DNA of 32,000 nt, from the IMG/VR virus record IMGVR_UViG_3300045988_146431, positions 12,528 through 44,527 of that record. The stretch is one strand, 5' to 3'. The translations under genes were made by a program, and so were the position numbers. How positions within the stretch are numbered: the first letter of the stretch is position 1; each line of letters begins with the position of its first letter. Positions 1 through 8,081 of this stretch are shown piece after piece. The DNA is from a virus. The notes beneath the pieces are model-generated. The model worked only from the letters and a program-made list of their open reading frames with translations, searched no databases and was not told the DNA's origin.

Positions 1-1154
1 TCTTTTCCAACCCAATACATTCCGAAATAGTCACCGTTTTGTGCTTCATCAAAATCTTTGAATGTATCATTTTCAACGAAATTAACTGTTCTAGCTTTGA
101 ATGTTGCACGTTCTGCACCATCAATAGGATTATATGTTTCTGCATAAACAGGACGATTATTATCGTCGGCCAACGTTTTAATGTTTGCTTCATATGTAGC
201 AGGAGTCATAACAAACTCTGGTTTTAATTTACGCATTGACAATGGAATCTTCGCAAAGAATTTTGTTTGCCATGATTTCCAATCTTTCATTTCTGCTTCC
301 GTAAATTCAATAATGTGATCGGCTTTAATACGTCCTCCACTTACTTTATTAGCTTCTGTTAAAATACCTTCACATTCATTATTTGCAGAGTTACCTGTTA
401 AAATTTCACGATCCATAGCTTCCAAATAAGCTTCTACAATAACTTCTGCTAATTTAGTTTCAAATGCATTTACAGTTAATACAGTTTGTAGTAATGTACG
501 TGCTAAACGAATTTCACCAATCAAATATCCAAATTGTACAAATTCTGTAACAGAACCTGCTTTTTGACGATCAGATACTGTTGTTTCTGTAATACGTTTG
601 AATGTAGCTTTGAATGAACCGATAGGATATTTAACACCACCACGGAAATTTGTATGTAATACTGCATTGTATAAGTAACCACGTGATTTACTTAATTCAG
701 TCATTACTTTCTGAACAATTGTTTCAGGAATTAAAATACCTAAATCAGATGCCACACCTGCTTCTGCGCTACGTTGTCTTAAGATTTCTGACTGTTTTCC
801 TTTTTGAACGAATTCCATGAATGCACTACGATACTCCATATCGTCTTCCATTCCTTTTTTACGTTCTGGCATTTGTGGATGTGCTTTATTACGAGCTTGT
901 TCCTGTTGTGTAATAAAAGTTTCATCTTCATCTTCAATAGATTTTGCCATAGTGTCTAAGAACGCATTACGTTGTGCAACCTGGCCTTTTAATTCTTTGT
1001 CACGTTTTTGCAAGATATCAAATTCTGCCTGTAACATTTCCAAGTTTGTATTAGGATCGTTTTTGTTGACCTCATCTTGAATTTCTTTAAATCTTTTTTG
1101 AATCTGTTCGTGATTCATTGCATTGAATGCTGCTAGTTGTTGCTCTGTAAACAT
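1..1154 (-). CDS. Major capsid protein, HK97-fold family (C-terminal end lies beyond window start)
   Basis: Absent from the ORF track because it runs off the edge. ATG at 1154-1152 overlaps the protease stop (TAATG). Hand translation starts MFTEQQLAAFNAMNHEQIQKRFKEIQDEVNKNDPNTNLEMLQAEFDILQKRDKELKGQVAQRNAF (coiled-coil delta-domain style). It continues ...MEYRSAFMEFVQKGKQSEILRQRSAEAGVASDLGILIPETIVQKVMTELSKSRGYLYNAV..., the usual HK97-type capsid pattern. The gene sits right after portal and prohead protease. Confidence 0.85.
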   Translation of the reverse strand, partial: MFTEQQLAAFNAMNHEQIQKRFKEIQDEVNKNDPNTNLEMLQAEFDILQKRDKELKGQVAQRNAFLDTMAKSIEDEDETFITQQEQARNKAHPQMPERKKGMEDDMEYRSAFMEFVQKGKQSEILRQRSAEAGVASDLGILIPETIVQKVMTELSKSRGYLYNAVLHTNFRGGVKYPIGSFKATFKRITETTVSDRQKAGSVTEFVQFGYLIGEIRLARTLLQTVLTVNAFETKLAEVIVEAYLEAMDREILTGNSANNECEGILTEANKVSGGRIKADHIIEFTEAEMKDWKSWQTKFFAKIPLSMRKLKPEFVMTPATYEANIKTLADDNNRPVYAETYNPIDGAERATFKARTVNFVENDTFKDFDEAQNGDYFGMYWVGK

Positions 1155-1765
1155 TAATTAATAGCCTCCTTAATCTGCAACAACAAACTCAGTCTTTCTC
1201 GTTTCTTTTCATTTTCTTTTTTAACCCGGTCTTCATCCATTAAAGACTTTGCCCTTGCTTCAATAGATGTTTGATCATTTGCAGGAATTGAGACTGCCGA
1301 AACATCATAAATTTTTGATACTTTACGTGTTGTCCACATCTTTTTATCTCTATCATATGATTCCTCATCCACCATGTATCGCCATGACATCTGAGTAACC
1401 ATTCCTGCCTGAATACTGTCGTACAAACGTTTTGCAGCTTCTGTTCTTCCTAAATCTGCTGCAACAAACAATCCGTGTTCATCTACTTCAACAATAAGTG
1501 AACCATTGCTTGTACGTGCATATACCATTCCTCCATGATCAAATTGGAAGATGATATCACTCATATCAGCGTTGTCCAAACTTGAACGCTCAATCAACTC
1601 ATATACATCATTACCTTCATAATCTCGATAAAGAACATAAGGTTCAAATGTTGTAGCATATCCTTCAACATAGTATTGAGTATCAATCCGTTTGTTTTCC
1701 GTCACCGGGTTCATCTGGAACGGGATCGAGCGCATTTGGATTTTGCTGTGGTTCGGTTTCGCCAT
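1154..1765 (-). CDS. Prohead (capsid maturation) protease, HK97 / S78 family
   Basis: 203-aa ORF between portal and capsid. The segment IFQFDHGGMVYARTSNGSLIVEVDEHGLFVAADLGRTEAAKRLYDSIQAGMVTQMSWRY matches the remembered S78 pattern (nHd...D.hGL.v...l...a...i..g....mS.gf). AAGGAGG lies 11 nt upstream of ATG 1765. The gene overlaps the portal 3' end by 83 nt, so an alternative start at ATG 1735 is possible. Confidence 0.8.
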   Translation of the reverse strand: MAKPNHSKIQMRSIPFQMNPVTENKRIDTQYYVEGYATTFEPYVLYRDYEGNDVYELIERSSLDNADMSDIIFQFDHGGMVYARTSNGSLIVEVDEHGLFVAADLGRTEAAKRLYDSIQAGMVTQMSWRYMVDEESYDRDKKMWTTRKVSKIYDVSAVSIPANDQTSIEARAKSLMDEDRVKKENEKKRERLSLLLQIKEAIN

Positions 1766-2966
1766 TGTAACTAATTCCTCCTTGATTTGATTTAGTTACC
1801 TGGATGTATTCACCTCGAATAAAACGTTTCTTACCTTCATCATTTGGTAAAGGCGCTTTGTTCATAATGTTCAATGCCCCATCTGTATCAATCATTCCAC
1901 GGTCAAACATTTGAGTCGCAACATTCAATTTTGTTTGTGTCGAATCATACTGTAAACGATCGCTTGTTAGAATGATTTCACTACCATTCATAATCTGATT
2001 TACGGAATATAACATTCCACTCAACACTTCTCCAACTTCAATAAAGAAAGGTTCGATAATTGATTCATAAAATGCATTCCATTCATCAGGTTTATATTTA
2101 TTTTGTAAAATAGCTTCACTAATTCCAAAATAGCTGTATACACTATTTTCAATTGCTTGCTTCTGCTTGGCATCCACTAATAGTGGTTTACTTTCAATTG
2201 GTTTTACTTCATCAAAACGAGTATCAACAAGGAATACACCTGTTTCATTTTCGTTCAGGTTATTTCTTAAGATCATGTTCTGTTGTTCCTTGTAATCCTC
2301 ATCATCATCAATCGGTGTTGAAATTCTAGCCAAGAATCGAACAATAGAACTCGACTTAATCGCATTGATTGCTCCTTCTTCCTGAGCAAGCATCAATTTA
2401 GCTGTTGTATCAAATGCATCATTCGTATCACCAAAGTAATCATTTTTATACTGCATTTGTCTTAAATGCCCTACTTTGCTGTATTCAATCAATTTTGTTT
2501 CGCCATAGATGAAATTAAAATAAATATAAACTACACCATTGATTTCTTTTAACTGACACTGACTTGGTACTGCGGGCCATAATCCTTTTATATAGCCGTA
2601 CTCATCTTCAATTGGAATAATGAAAGCATTGTTTTCTGCAAAATAGATAGTTGCCAATCTTTTGTAAAATTGACTAGCTGTCATATAAGGATTTGGCTTT
2701 TTCTTAACCAAATAGTTATATATCTTAGCCTTGTAGTCTTTGTTTGTCAGTTCAGGTGAAGCCTTCCCACATGACGTGGCAATTCGATTGATACATGCTC
2801 TGCATAGTCCAATCTCATATATTCCACCATCATATGATGAATACACTGGTGAATATCCACCTAAGCTTGCAAACATAGAGTGTAATTGATTTTGTTTAGG
2901 TGCTGGCTTATTTAGTCCTAACAGACTTCCTAGCAAACCAAATCTTTTTCTTCTGCTTTTAGCCAC
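1683..2966 (-). CDS. Portal protein (HK97-type)
   Basis: 427-aa ORF directly downstream of TerL. GTG start with AGGAAGGTG RBS, sharing 1 nt with the TerL stop. Size, position and acidic/Pro-rich C-terminus fit a portal. Confidence 0.85.
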   Translation of the reverse strand: MAKSRRKRFGLLGSLLGLNKPAPKQNQLHSMFASLGGYSPVYSSYDGGIYEIGLCRACINRIATSCGKASPELTNKDYKAKIYNYLVKKKPNPYMTASQFYKRLATIYFAENNAFIIPIEDEYGYIKGLWPAVPSQCQLKEINGVVYIYFNFIYGETKLIEYSKVGHLRQMQYKNDYFGDTNDAFDTTAKLMLAQEEGAINAIKSSSIVRFLARISTPIDDDEDYKEQQNMILRNNLNENETGVFLVDTRFDEVKPIESKPLLVDAKQKQAIENSVYSYFGISEAILQNKYKPDEWNAFYESIIEPFFIEVGEVLSGMLYSVNQIMNGSEIILTSDRLQYDSTQTKLNVATQMFDRGMIDTDGALNIMNKAPLPNDEGKKRFIRGEYIQVTKSNQGGISYNGETEPQQNPNALDPVPDEPGDGKQTD

Positions 2967-4624
2967 TAATTCACCTTCCTTTTCTTGTTTTCAAGGCGGT
3001 ATTTAAATGTATCCCACCATTTTTGTCTTACTGTATATGCATCAATAACAGATGCATATCCATCAATATGTTTTCTTGGATCAGTTTTAATCATGCGGAC
3101 ACGATTGTCCTCCGCAACTTTCTTTAATGCCACACTAGACATATGTGCTTGTAACAATCCATTTGTTCCTGTATGAACAAATCCATCTCTTACGTATCCT
3201 GTAAATTCATTAATAACCGGTGTAAGGTTAGTACCCTGAATGACATCATCCATCTTGTATCCATATTTCTTCATATCATCCACAAGATACTGAGCCGAAT
3301 AACGGTCATATCCAACGACCACGCAATAAATCTTGTATTTCTTGCGTAGCATTTCAAACCATTCCGTAACATCTTCATACCGTACAAAGTTTTCCCCACT
3401 TGGACTTAAATATCCCAATTGAATAAATCTTGTATATGGTATTTTGTCTCTTTCTTCTAGCTCCTTGATTTTTAATGTTGGAAGCCAAAAATGAGTAAAT
3501 ATGTAGTCCTGCTCTTGAATTCGTATAACTACAGATGCGGCTGTTAAATCGGTTGTTTGTGACAAGTCAATTCCACCAACTGCATATGTATGTGCAAAAT
3601 CTTCAAATCTAAGTTCTTCACCTTTAACTTTGTTAATATCTTCTGCACTAAATAATGCTTCTGTTGAATTCTGTTTGATATTCGCATATTTTGTTATGAA
3701 TTCAGCCTTATATGTCGGTGAGCTATGTGCTTTTAAAATTTCATTCTGCAAATATTCATAAGAAACCGATATTCCAAGGTTTGGCATTGCTTTTCTTAAT
3801 TCAATAGGATCATCCCATTTTTGAATATCATCAATCATATAAAAGAAAGGCAACATTTGTTTTTCATCAGACGTACCAAGTAAAACAGATGTTCCACGAA
3901 CAAATAATTCATCATATAATCCTTCATCAATATAGTTTGCGGTACTTACAGGAATATAAAGTGGATCAGGTCTTGCACCACCTGCCGACAACATAACGTT
4001 GTACATTTTCATACCCGCTTCACCTTCCCAGGCTGCAAACTCATCAAAGATTGTCAAATATGGGTTGAATCCATCTGACTTCTTAGATGCAAAGGCAATT
4101 GGCTCCCATCGACAATTGTTCTGTTTCATGTAGATATCTGTTCTACGTTTTTTCACTCTTTGACTCAACGCTTTAGAGTGTTCCATCATTTGATACAGAA
4201 CATTGTAAATGATCTGCGCTTGTTTTAACTTTGGCGCTATATTGTATATCTGCATACCTGCTTCATCAGAAGTGAATCCAACATCAAGTTCAATACCTGC
4301 ACAAAGAAATGATTTTCCTTGTTTTCGGCCCATAACCGTAGGTATTTCACGAAACTGCCTTTTTCCATTCTTATCAACAAGCCCGAATATGCACGCAATA
4401 TAGTATTTTTGCCAAGGCTCAAGCTTCACTTTTGTTGTTTTTCCTTCTACGTGATGACAAAACGTTTCAATAAACGCTATATGCATTTCCGCTTTTTTCT
4501 CATCATAGAAGAAATCTCCATTTGCTAAACCTCTTTCAACATATTGAAGATTAAGCTTTATCCACTTACCGACTACATCTTCACCCGATTTAATACGTTC
4601 TTTATAAATGTCTAGATATTTCAT
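2966..4624 (-). CDS. terL: Terminase large subunit
   Basis: 552-aa ORF. N-terminal ATPase region (VMGRKQGKSFLCAG Walker-A-like; TIFDEFA Walker-B-like) and a C-terminal nuclease-like region. ATGA overlap with TerS. Confidence 0.9.
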   Translation of the reverse strand: MKYLDIYKERIKSGEDVVGKWIKLNLQYVERGLANGDFFYDEKKAEMHIAFIETFCHHVEGKTTKVKLEPWQKYYIACIFGLVDKNGKRQFREIPTVMGRKQGKSFLCAGIELDVGFTSDEAGMQIYNIAPKLKQAQIIYNVLYQMMEHSKALSQRVKKRRTDIYMKQNNCRWEPIAFASKKSDGFNPYLTIFDEFAAWEGEAGMKMYNVMLSAGGARPDPLYIPVSTANYIDEGLYDELFVRGTSVLLGTSDEKQMLPFFYMIDDIQKWDDPIELRKAMPNLGISVSYEYLQNEILKAHSSPTYKAEFITKYANIKQNSTEALFSAEDINKVKGEELRFEDFAHTYAVGGIDLSQTTDLTAASVVIRIQEQDYIFTHFWLPTLKIKELEERDKIPYTRFIQLGYLSPSGENFVRYEDVTEWFEMLRKKYKIYCVVVGYDRYSAQYLVDDMKKYGYKMDDVIQGTNLTPVINEFTGYVRDGFVHTGTNGLLQAHMSSVALKKVAEDNRVRMIKTDPRKHIDGYASVIDAYTVRQKWWDTFKYRLENKKRKVN

Positions 4625-4995
4625 TTAAATCTGCTCATGAACTCATCCAATTCATCACCTTTTTTTCCGGATACTTCTGTTGTTTTTGAAAGTGAAGTAG
4701 GTGACAAGCCAAGTTCTTTGCAGTACTTCATGATCTGATCACGTAATTGAACGGTAATAATGTAGTATGGTGAGCGCGATAAATTCGTTGCACCGCCCTT
4801 GTTCGTATATTCAACAACCATCTGTAGTGATTTGTAGCCATTTGCTTTACTTGAATCTCTCCATTGCTTCATTGTTGAATCATATTGGGCCAAGGCATCT
4901 GCAAGTGAATCAACCGCAACCGAATATTCAGGAGAAAATGTGCCTAAATTCTCTAGTTGTGAATTGATTCTTTTTTTCCATGCTCCTTTTTGCAT
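4621..4995 (-). CDS. terS: Terminase small subunit (P27-family-like)
   Basis: 124-aa ORF immediately upstream of TerL. GGGAGG RBS 8 nt before ATG 4995. C-terminal ...IMKYCKELGLSPTSLSK... resembles the P27-type TerS motif ElGLTPxSRxK. Confidence 0.7.
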   Translation of the reverse strand: MQKGAWKKRINSQLENLGTFSPEYSVAVDSLADALAQYDSTMKQWRDSSKANGYKSLQMVVEYTNKGGATNLSRSPYYIITVQLRDQIMKYCKELGLSPTSLSKTTEVSGKKGDELDEFMSRFK

Positions 4996-5339
4996 TCATC
5001 ATCCTCCCTTCCACATCCTATAAGCATTCCGTTTTCATCAAACTCAAAAGATGGTTTACGTTTGGAATGTTCTTCAGCATGACATAAGTCACACAACGCT
5101 TCCAAATTGGAATCGCCAAATAGAATGTGTACATCTCTATAGTTGTCCTGGTCAATGTGTGTTTTGTGATGCACACAAGTCGACCTGGTATAGATACCTT
5201 TTTTCAAACATCTTTCACAAAGTGGATGTGCCTTCCTATACGCTTTGCTTTTCTTTTCCCAAGCCTTGCTTGAGTAAAATTTTCTAGCATAATTTCTAGC
5301 ACCTGTTTTTGTTGCTTCTGAACCATAATATTTTTTCAT
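4953..5339 (-). CDS. HNH endonuclease (packaging-associated)
   Basis: CERCLKKG...CVHHKTHIDQDNYRDVHILFGDSNLEALCDLCHAEEH is an HNH/zinc-finger signature. The track ORF starts at a TTG (5396); I prefer the first ATG (5339, MKKYYGSE). The 3' end overlaps TerS by 43 nt. Confidence 0.8.
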   Translation of the reverse strand: MKKYYGSEATKTGARNYARKFYSSKAWEKKSKAYRKAHPLCERCLKKGIYTRSTCVHHKTHIDQDNYRDVHILFGDSNLEALCDLCHAEEHSKRKPSFEFDENGMLIGCGREDDECKKEHGKKESIHN

Positions 5340-5431
5340 ATCGCTACATTCAAAGTTTTGACCATAACTACAGTTAACAGATTTAAAGGACGACAAAAAC
5401 TAACAGTAAACACTTTGAATGCAGTGATATG

Positions 5432-5461
5432 AAAAAGACCCATGTTTCCACAGGTCTTTTT
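5432..5461 (-). terminator. Intrinsic terminator inside the leader of the packaging/late operon (A-run, GC stem, T-run; could act in both directions)
   Basis: AAAAAGACC (5432-5440) pairs with GGTCTTTTT (5453-5461). On the minus strand the hairpin is followed by TTTTTCAT. It lies about 100 nt downstream of the promoter box at 5538-5574 and about 90 nt upstream of the HNH ATG. Confidence 0.5.
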
Positions 5462-5537
5462 CAACGGGCACTAAAATGAAACAATCCAAGAACTACCTTG
5501 TTTGTTCTAGAAGATGTTTTCCAATCTTCACGACTAC

Positions 5538-5574
5538 AGAATATCACGGTTTTTCTTTGTACACTGTACAAAAT
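5538..5574 (-). promoter_or_regulatory. Late promoter box 1: 17-bp palindrome TTTGTACA-N-TGTACAAA, N12, TATTCT
   Basis: The 19-nt string tttgtacactgtacaaaat (5556-5574) is identical to 28264-28282. In both copies a -10-like hexamer (minus-strand TATTCT here, 5543-5538) follows after exactly 12 nt. There is no sigma-A-like -35. Confidence 0.45.
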
Positions 5575-5584
5575 GAAGAAATTC

Positions 5585-5990
5585 AGATTTTACCCCCTTG
5601 TCGCACACCCATGACCCGGTTTTTTTGAACTCCCCACGCCGTTCCCCAAAGTGCAAAAAACTTTTTGAAAGATAGGGGCGGTCTATGCTGATCTGACCCA
5701 TGCTATGGCGCTTTCAGGGTTAAAAATCAAACCTATGCAGCTATCACAACGCCGCCACGTTCACGGCTTCAGTCATATGACATTTATATATTTGTTATTG
5801 TGTTGAAAGATGTTTCAACATGCATTGTTGAAAGCGTTGTTTCATAACATGGCCATGACTACATTAATAGAACACACGCGCACGTTCTTATATATGCAAT
5901 AAGTCTTGCATCACTCCAATATATTGGATTATATATATCAACTCCATACACTCCAACACGTCCATTGTCTTCCTGGAACTGAAGCAAACC
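5585..5990. other. Candidate cos / packaging-initiation region
   Basis: ORF-free stretch upstream of HNH-TerS-TerL. It contains a locally GC-rich block (about 5590-5775, e.g. cccccttgtcgcacacccatgacccgg, ggggcggtc, gccgccacgttcacggc) in an otherwise AT-rich genome. It also has TGTTGAAAG twice (5801-5809, 5826-5834; the first forms a hairpin with 5813-5820) and ACTCCA three times (5913, 5941, 5950). Confidence 0.3.
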
Positions 5991-5995
5991 CCCAC

Positions 5996-6020
5996 AAAAA
6001 AAAGGACGTTCACAACGTCC
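5996..6020 (-). terminator. Intrinsic terminator (minus strand)
   Basis: GGACGTT (6004-6010) pairs with AACGTCC (6014-6020). On the minus strand this is followed by a run of 8 T (plus-strand A-run 5996-6003). Confidence 0.5.
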
Positions 6021-6040
6021 ATACATGTATATATTACTAG

Positions 6041-6146
6041 TCTGTTAACTATATGTTATAAGACTAGAACCGAACACGCTTAAAAGCCTTTTAAATAGGC
6101 ACTTGCGTGCATGTTTGAAAAGATAAAAGCTTTTTGAAAAAATGAG
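6041..6146. repeat. Direct repeat copy A (about 100 bp, imperfect) bracketing the accessory island
   Basis: 6046-6066 taactatatgttataagacta versus 11040-11060 taactatatattatcagacta (19 of 21 identical). Then taaaagcct-N3-aaataggc (6081-6100 versus 11074-11093), followed by a looser shared A/T-rich tail (tttgaaaagataaaagctttttgaaa versus ttttctaaaataaaaactttgtgaaa). Confidence 0.6.
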
Positions 6147-6182
6147 CACTAAAAAAAATAAGTTTAGGAGGTGTAAACATAG

Positions 6183-6214
6183 AAGAAAAAAGACACGCTC
6201 AATTTTGCGTGTCT
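6183..6214 (-). terminator. Intrinsic terminator of the HTH gene
   Basis: AGACACGC (6191-6198) pairs with GCGTGTCT (6207-6214), followed on the minus strand by TTTTTTCTTC. The stop codon at 6213-6215 sits in the stem. Confidence 0.6.
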
Positions 6215-6455
6215 AGTCTTTGTTTTCTTGTATATCATTTATATTTAATTCAATTATTTTTTCTTTTGTTGTCTTGTCAATTATATTTATTTCCAAGCCC
6301 ATCCAATCGCATAACTTTATAAACTCACCTAAATTCATTCTATCGTTTGAAATCGTGTTACTTAATGATTGACGCGTACGGTTTATATGTTTTGCGTATT
6401 CTATTTGTGTTTTGTTTCGCATCGTGAACAACGCTTTTATTTTCTCTTTTAACAT
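6213..6455 (-). CDS. XRE-family helix-turn-helix regulator (80 aa)
   Basis: MLKEKIKALFTMRNKTQIEYAKHINRTRQSLSNTISNDRMNLGEFIKLCDWMGLEINII is a typical short Cro/CI-type HTH. ATG 6455 is preceded by AAAGGA. The 57 upstream codons of the track ORF cover the promoter region and look non-coding. Confidence 0.7.
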   Translation of the reverse strand: MLKEKIKALFTMRNKTQIEYAKHINRTRQSLSNTISNDRMNLGEFIKLCDWMGLEINIIDKTTKEKIIELNINDIQENKD

Positions 6456-6480
6456 TTTTTGCCGTCCTTTCTTTATGTGT

Positions 6481-6582
6481 ATATTATCATATTTACTTTG
6501 TAAATTCAAACTACAACGTTGTAAATAAAAAATATTACATTCTATTATTGACAATGTAATATTTATGATGTACATTGTAAAT
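6481..6582. promoter_or_regulatory. Divergent promoter/operator region of the island
   Basis: Minus strand: TTGAAT (6509-6504), 17 nt, then TGATAATAT extended -10 (-10 at 6486-6481). Plus strand: TTGACA (6548-6553), 17 nt, then TACATT (6571-6576). TTGTAAAT occurs three times (6498, 6519, 6575). An 11-bp perfect inverted repeat AATATTACATT / AATGTAATATT lies at 6531-6541 and 6553-6563. Confidence 0.45.
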
Positions 6583-6619
6583 GTCTTAAGAGACAAGCCA
6601 CACGAAAGGAGGTGCAAAC

Positions 6620-6787
6620 GTGGCAAAGTATAAACGTAGCAAACCGATGAAACGTCGCGATAGAAAAAAGCGCGAAAAAAAAGAGCGCATGATTTCGTAC
6701 CTATCCAAAACGTTCGAAATTATATACACGCTCTTAATCGGTGAAGCCCTCAAGCTTCTTGCTAAATATCTAAGTGACTTATTTTAG
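6620..6787 (+). CDS. Small protein, 55 aa (basic N-terminus, hydrophobic C-terminus)
   Basis: GTG start 7 nt after AAAGGAGG. Hand translation: (M)AKYKRSKPMKRRDRKKREKKERMISYLSKTFEIIYTLLIGEALKLLAKYLSDLF. Below the ORF-track length cutoff. Confidence 0.5.
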   Translation: MAKYKRSKPMKRRDRKKREKKERMISYLSKTFEIIYTLLIGEALKLLAKYLSDLF

Positions 6788-6914
6788 TCACTTAGGTACT
6801 TATATTATACCACGTTTTAAAATATGGAACTACTAAAAATAGCGTTATTACTATCGTTAGCATTTAATGCATATCTTTTAAAAAAAATAATTGAAAAGTA
6901 AGGAGGTAAAGATT

Positions 6915-7415
6915 ATGTGTGAAATGAAAGCTTATATTACAAATTTAGGAAAATATAACGAGGGTGAATTGGTTGGAAAGTGGATCAGTTTCCCAATCGA
7001 TGAGGACGATTTTCAAGATGAACTTGAAAGCATTGGAGTGAAAGAAAACACAATGTATGAAGAGTGGTTTATAACTGATTATTATTGTTCATTGTTCGAT
7101 ATGTATGATGCATTCGGTGAATATCCAAGTATTGACGATATTAACGAAGTGGCTGAAGCATTAGAAGATAATGAAAGTGTATTCACTGCTTTATTGGAAG
7201 TATGCAGCTATGAGGACGCTTTAAAATACTTAAAAAGTGAAAATTATACTTTTTATCAGGGTATGACGTTGGAAGATGTAGCGCATGAATTAATTGAAGA
7301 ATGTTACAACCTCCCAGAAATTGCACAAAAATATTTTGACTATGAAGCGTTTGCGTGTGATCTTGAGTATGATGGATATACTGAAACTTCAAACGGAGTT
7401 ATTTGTTTATGGTAA
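6915..7415 (+). CDS. ardA: ArdA-type antirestriction protein
   Basis: MCEMKAYITNLGKYNEGELVGKWISFPIDEDDF...YEEWFITDY...YFDYEAFACDLEYDGYTETSNGVICLW closely parallels the remembered Tn916 Orf18/ArdA sequence (QVYIANLGKYNEGELVGAWFTFPID...YIDYQAYGRDL...). Highly acidic. AGGAGG lies 8 nt before ATG 6915. Confidence 0.9.
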   Translation: MCEMKAYITNLGKYNEGELVGKWISFPIDEDDFQDELESIGVKENTMYEEWFITDYYCSLFDMYDAFGEYPSIDDINEVAEALEDNESVFTALLEVCSYEDALKYLKSENYTFYQGMTLEDVAHELIEECYNLPEIAQKYFDYEAFACDLEYDGYTETSNGVICLW

Positions 7416-7435
7416 CCCGCAAAGATCTTGACAAG

Positions 7436-7470
7436 ATGAGCGCCTTCAAGGTGCTCATACTTGCATTTTT
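7436..7470 (+). terminator. Possible terminator/attenuator after ardA
   Basis: ATGAGCGCC (7436-7444) pairs with GGTGCTCAT (7450-7458; one G-U pair). The T-run (cattttt) starts only 6 nt later, so this is weak. Confidence 0.35.
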
Positions 7471-7575
7471 AAAATTATATTTAGCAGCGTGCACATCTAC
7501 ATTGATCATGGGTATAATATTGGGCCTTTTAAATATCATACTCCCATTTATTTATTAATTGCAGGAGGTTAAACA

Positions 7576-7848
7576 ATGGAACTTTTAGAAATTAAATTAT
7601 TGCATAAATATGCAAGAATAAGATCATATATGAATGATCTTATTTCTGGTAATTTTGTTATATATGATTTTCTTTATGAATGTCTTGCGGATCATATTAA
7701 ATCATTTATTTATGATCTTGCTTATATCGAAAATGAAAAAGTTATACGCGTTTATTATGATCAACTTTTAGTTGATTCTAAACAAGTAAGCAAAGAACTT
7801 TATACACTTGTTATAACTATTTTTGAAGATAATGAATGGAGGTTTTAA
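7576..7848 (+). CDS. Hypothetical protein (90 aa)
   Basis: AGGAGG 7 nt upstream of the ATG. Co-oriented with and packed into the ardA operon. Confidence 0.6.
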   Translation: MELLEIKLLHKYARIRSYMNDLISGNFVIYDFLYECLADHIKSFIYDLAYIENEKVIRVYYDQLLVDSKQVSKELYTLVITIFEDNEWRF

Positions 7849-7850
7849 AA

Positions 7851-8081
7851 ATGAATAATAAAGAATATATTGAGTTTACAGAAAAAAAACTAGATCGACT
7901 AAATGGATCTAGCTGCAAGCCTTACACAATTACAAAACATTTAAACGGTTTATATGATCTTAACTATGGTTTAGATACCATTGCTTGGATGCTTGAACCG
8001 CGCGAGCTTTGGCTACTTGTAAACACATTATATACATTGGATATTTTAGGAGGGCTAAAAAATGACAATGTGGAAGCGTGA
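7851..8081 (+). CDS. Hypothetical protein (76 aa)
   Basis: ATG 7851 is preceded by GGAGG (the track start 7836 lacks an RBS). Overlaps the next gene by 20 nt. Confidence 0.6.
   Translation: MNNKEYIEFTEKKLDRLNGSSCKPYTITKHLNGLYDLNYGLDTIAWMLEPRELWLLVNTLYTLDILGGLKNDNVEA

Noticed and set aside
39-1080. Plus-strand ORFs 39..227 and 817..1080
   Set aside because: They lie antisense inside the well-supported capsid gene. Their translations are Cys/Phe/Ile-rich and low-complexity, typical of shadow frames in AT-rich DNA, and they have no RBS.
2985-5287. Plus-strand ORFs 2985..3176, 4209..4403, 4319..4528, 4767..4967 and 5051..5287, and the nested minus ORF 4237..4422
   Set aside because: All lie within the TerL, TerS or HNH coding sequence in alternative or antisense frames. 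They have no RBS and implausible composition.
6456-6626. N-terminal 57-codon extension of ORF 6213..6626
   Set aside because: The extension spans the divergent promoter/operator region and reads as low-complexity I/L/N/F sequence. A proper RBS-ATG (6455) gives a canonical 80-aa HTH protein.
7436-7558. 40-aa hydrophobic ORF (MSAFKVLILAFLKLYLAACTSTLIMGIILGLLNIILPFIY) after ardA
   Set aside because: It has no Shine-Dalgarno, and its first 23 nt form the hairpin I interpret as a possible terminator. It could still be a real membrane peptide. Left unannotated.
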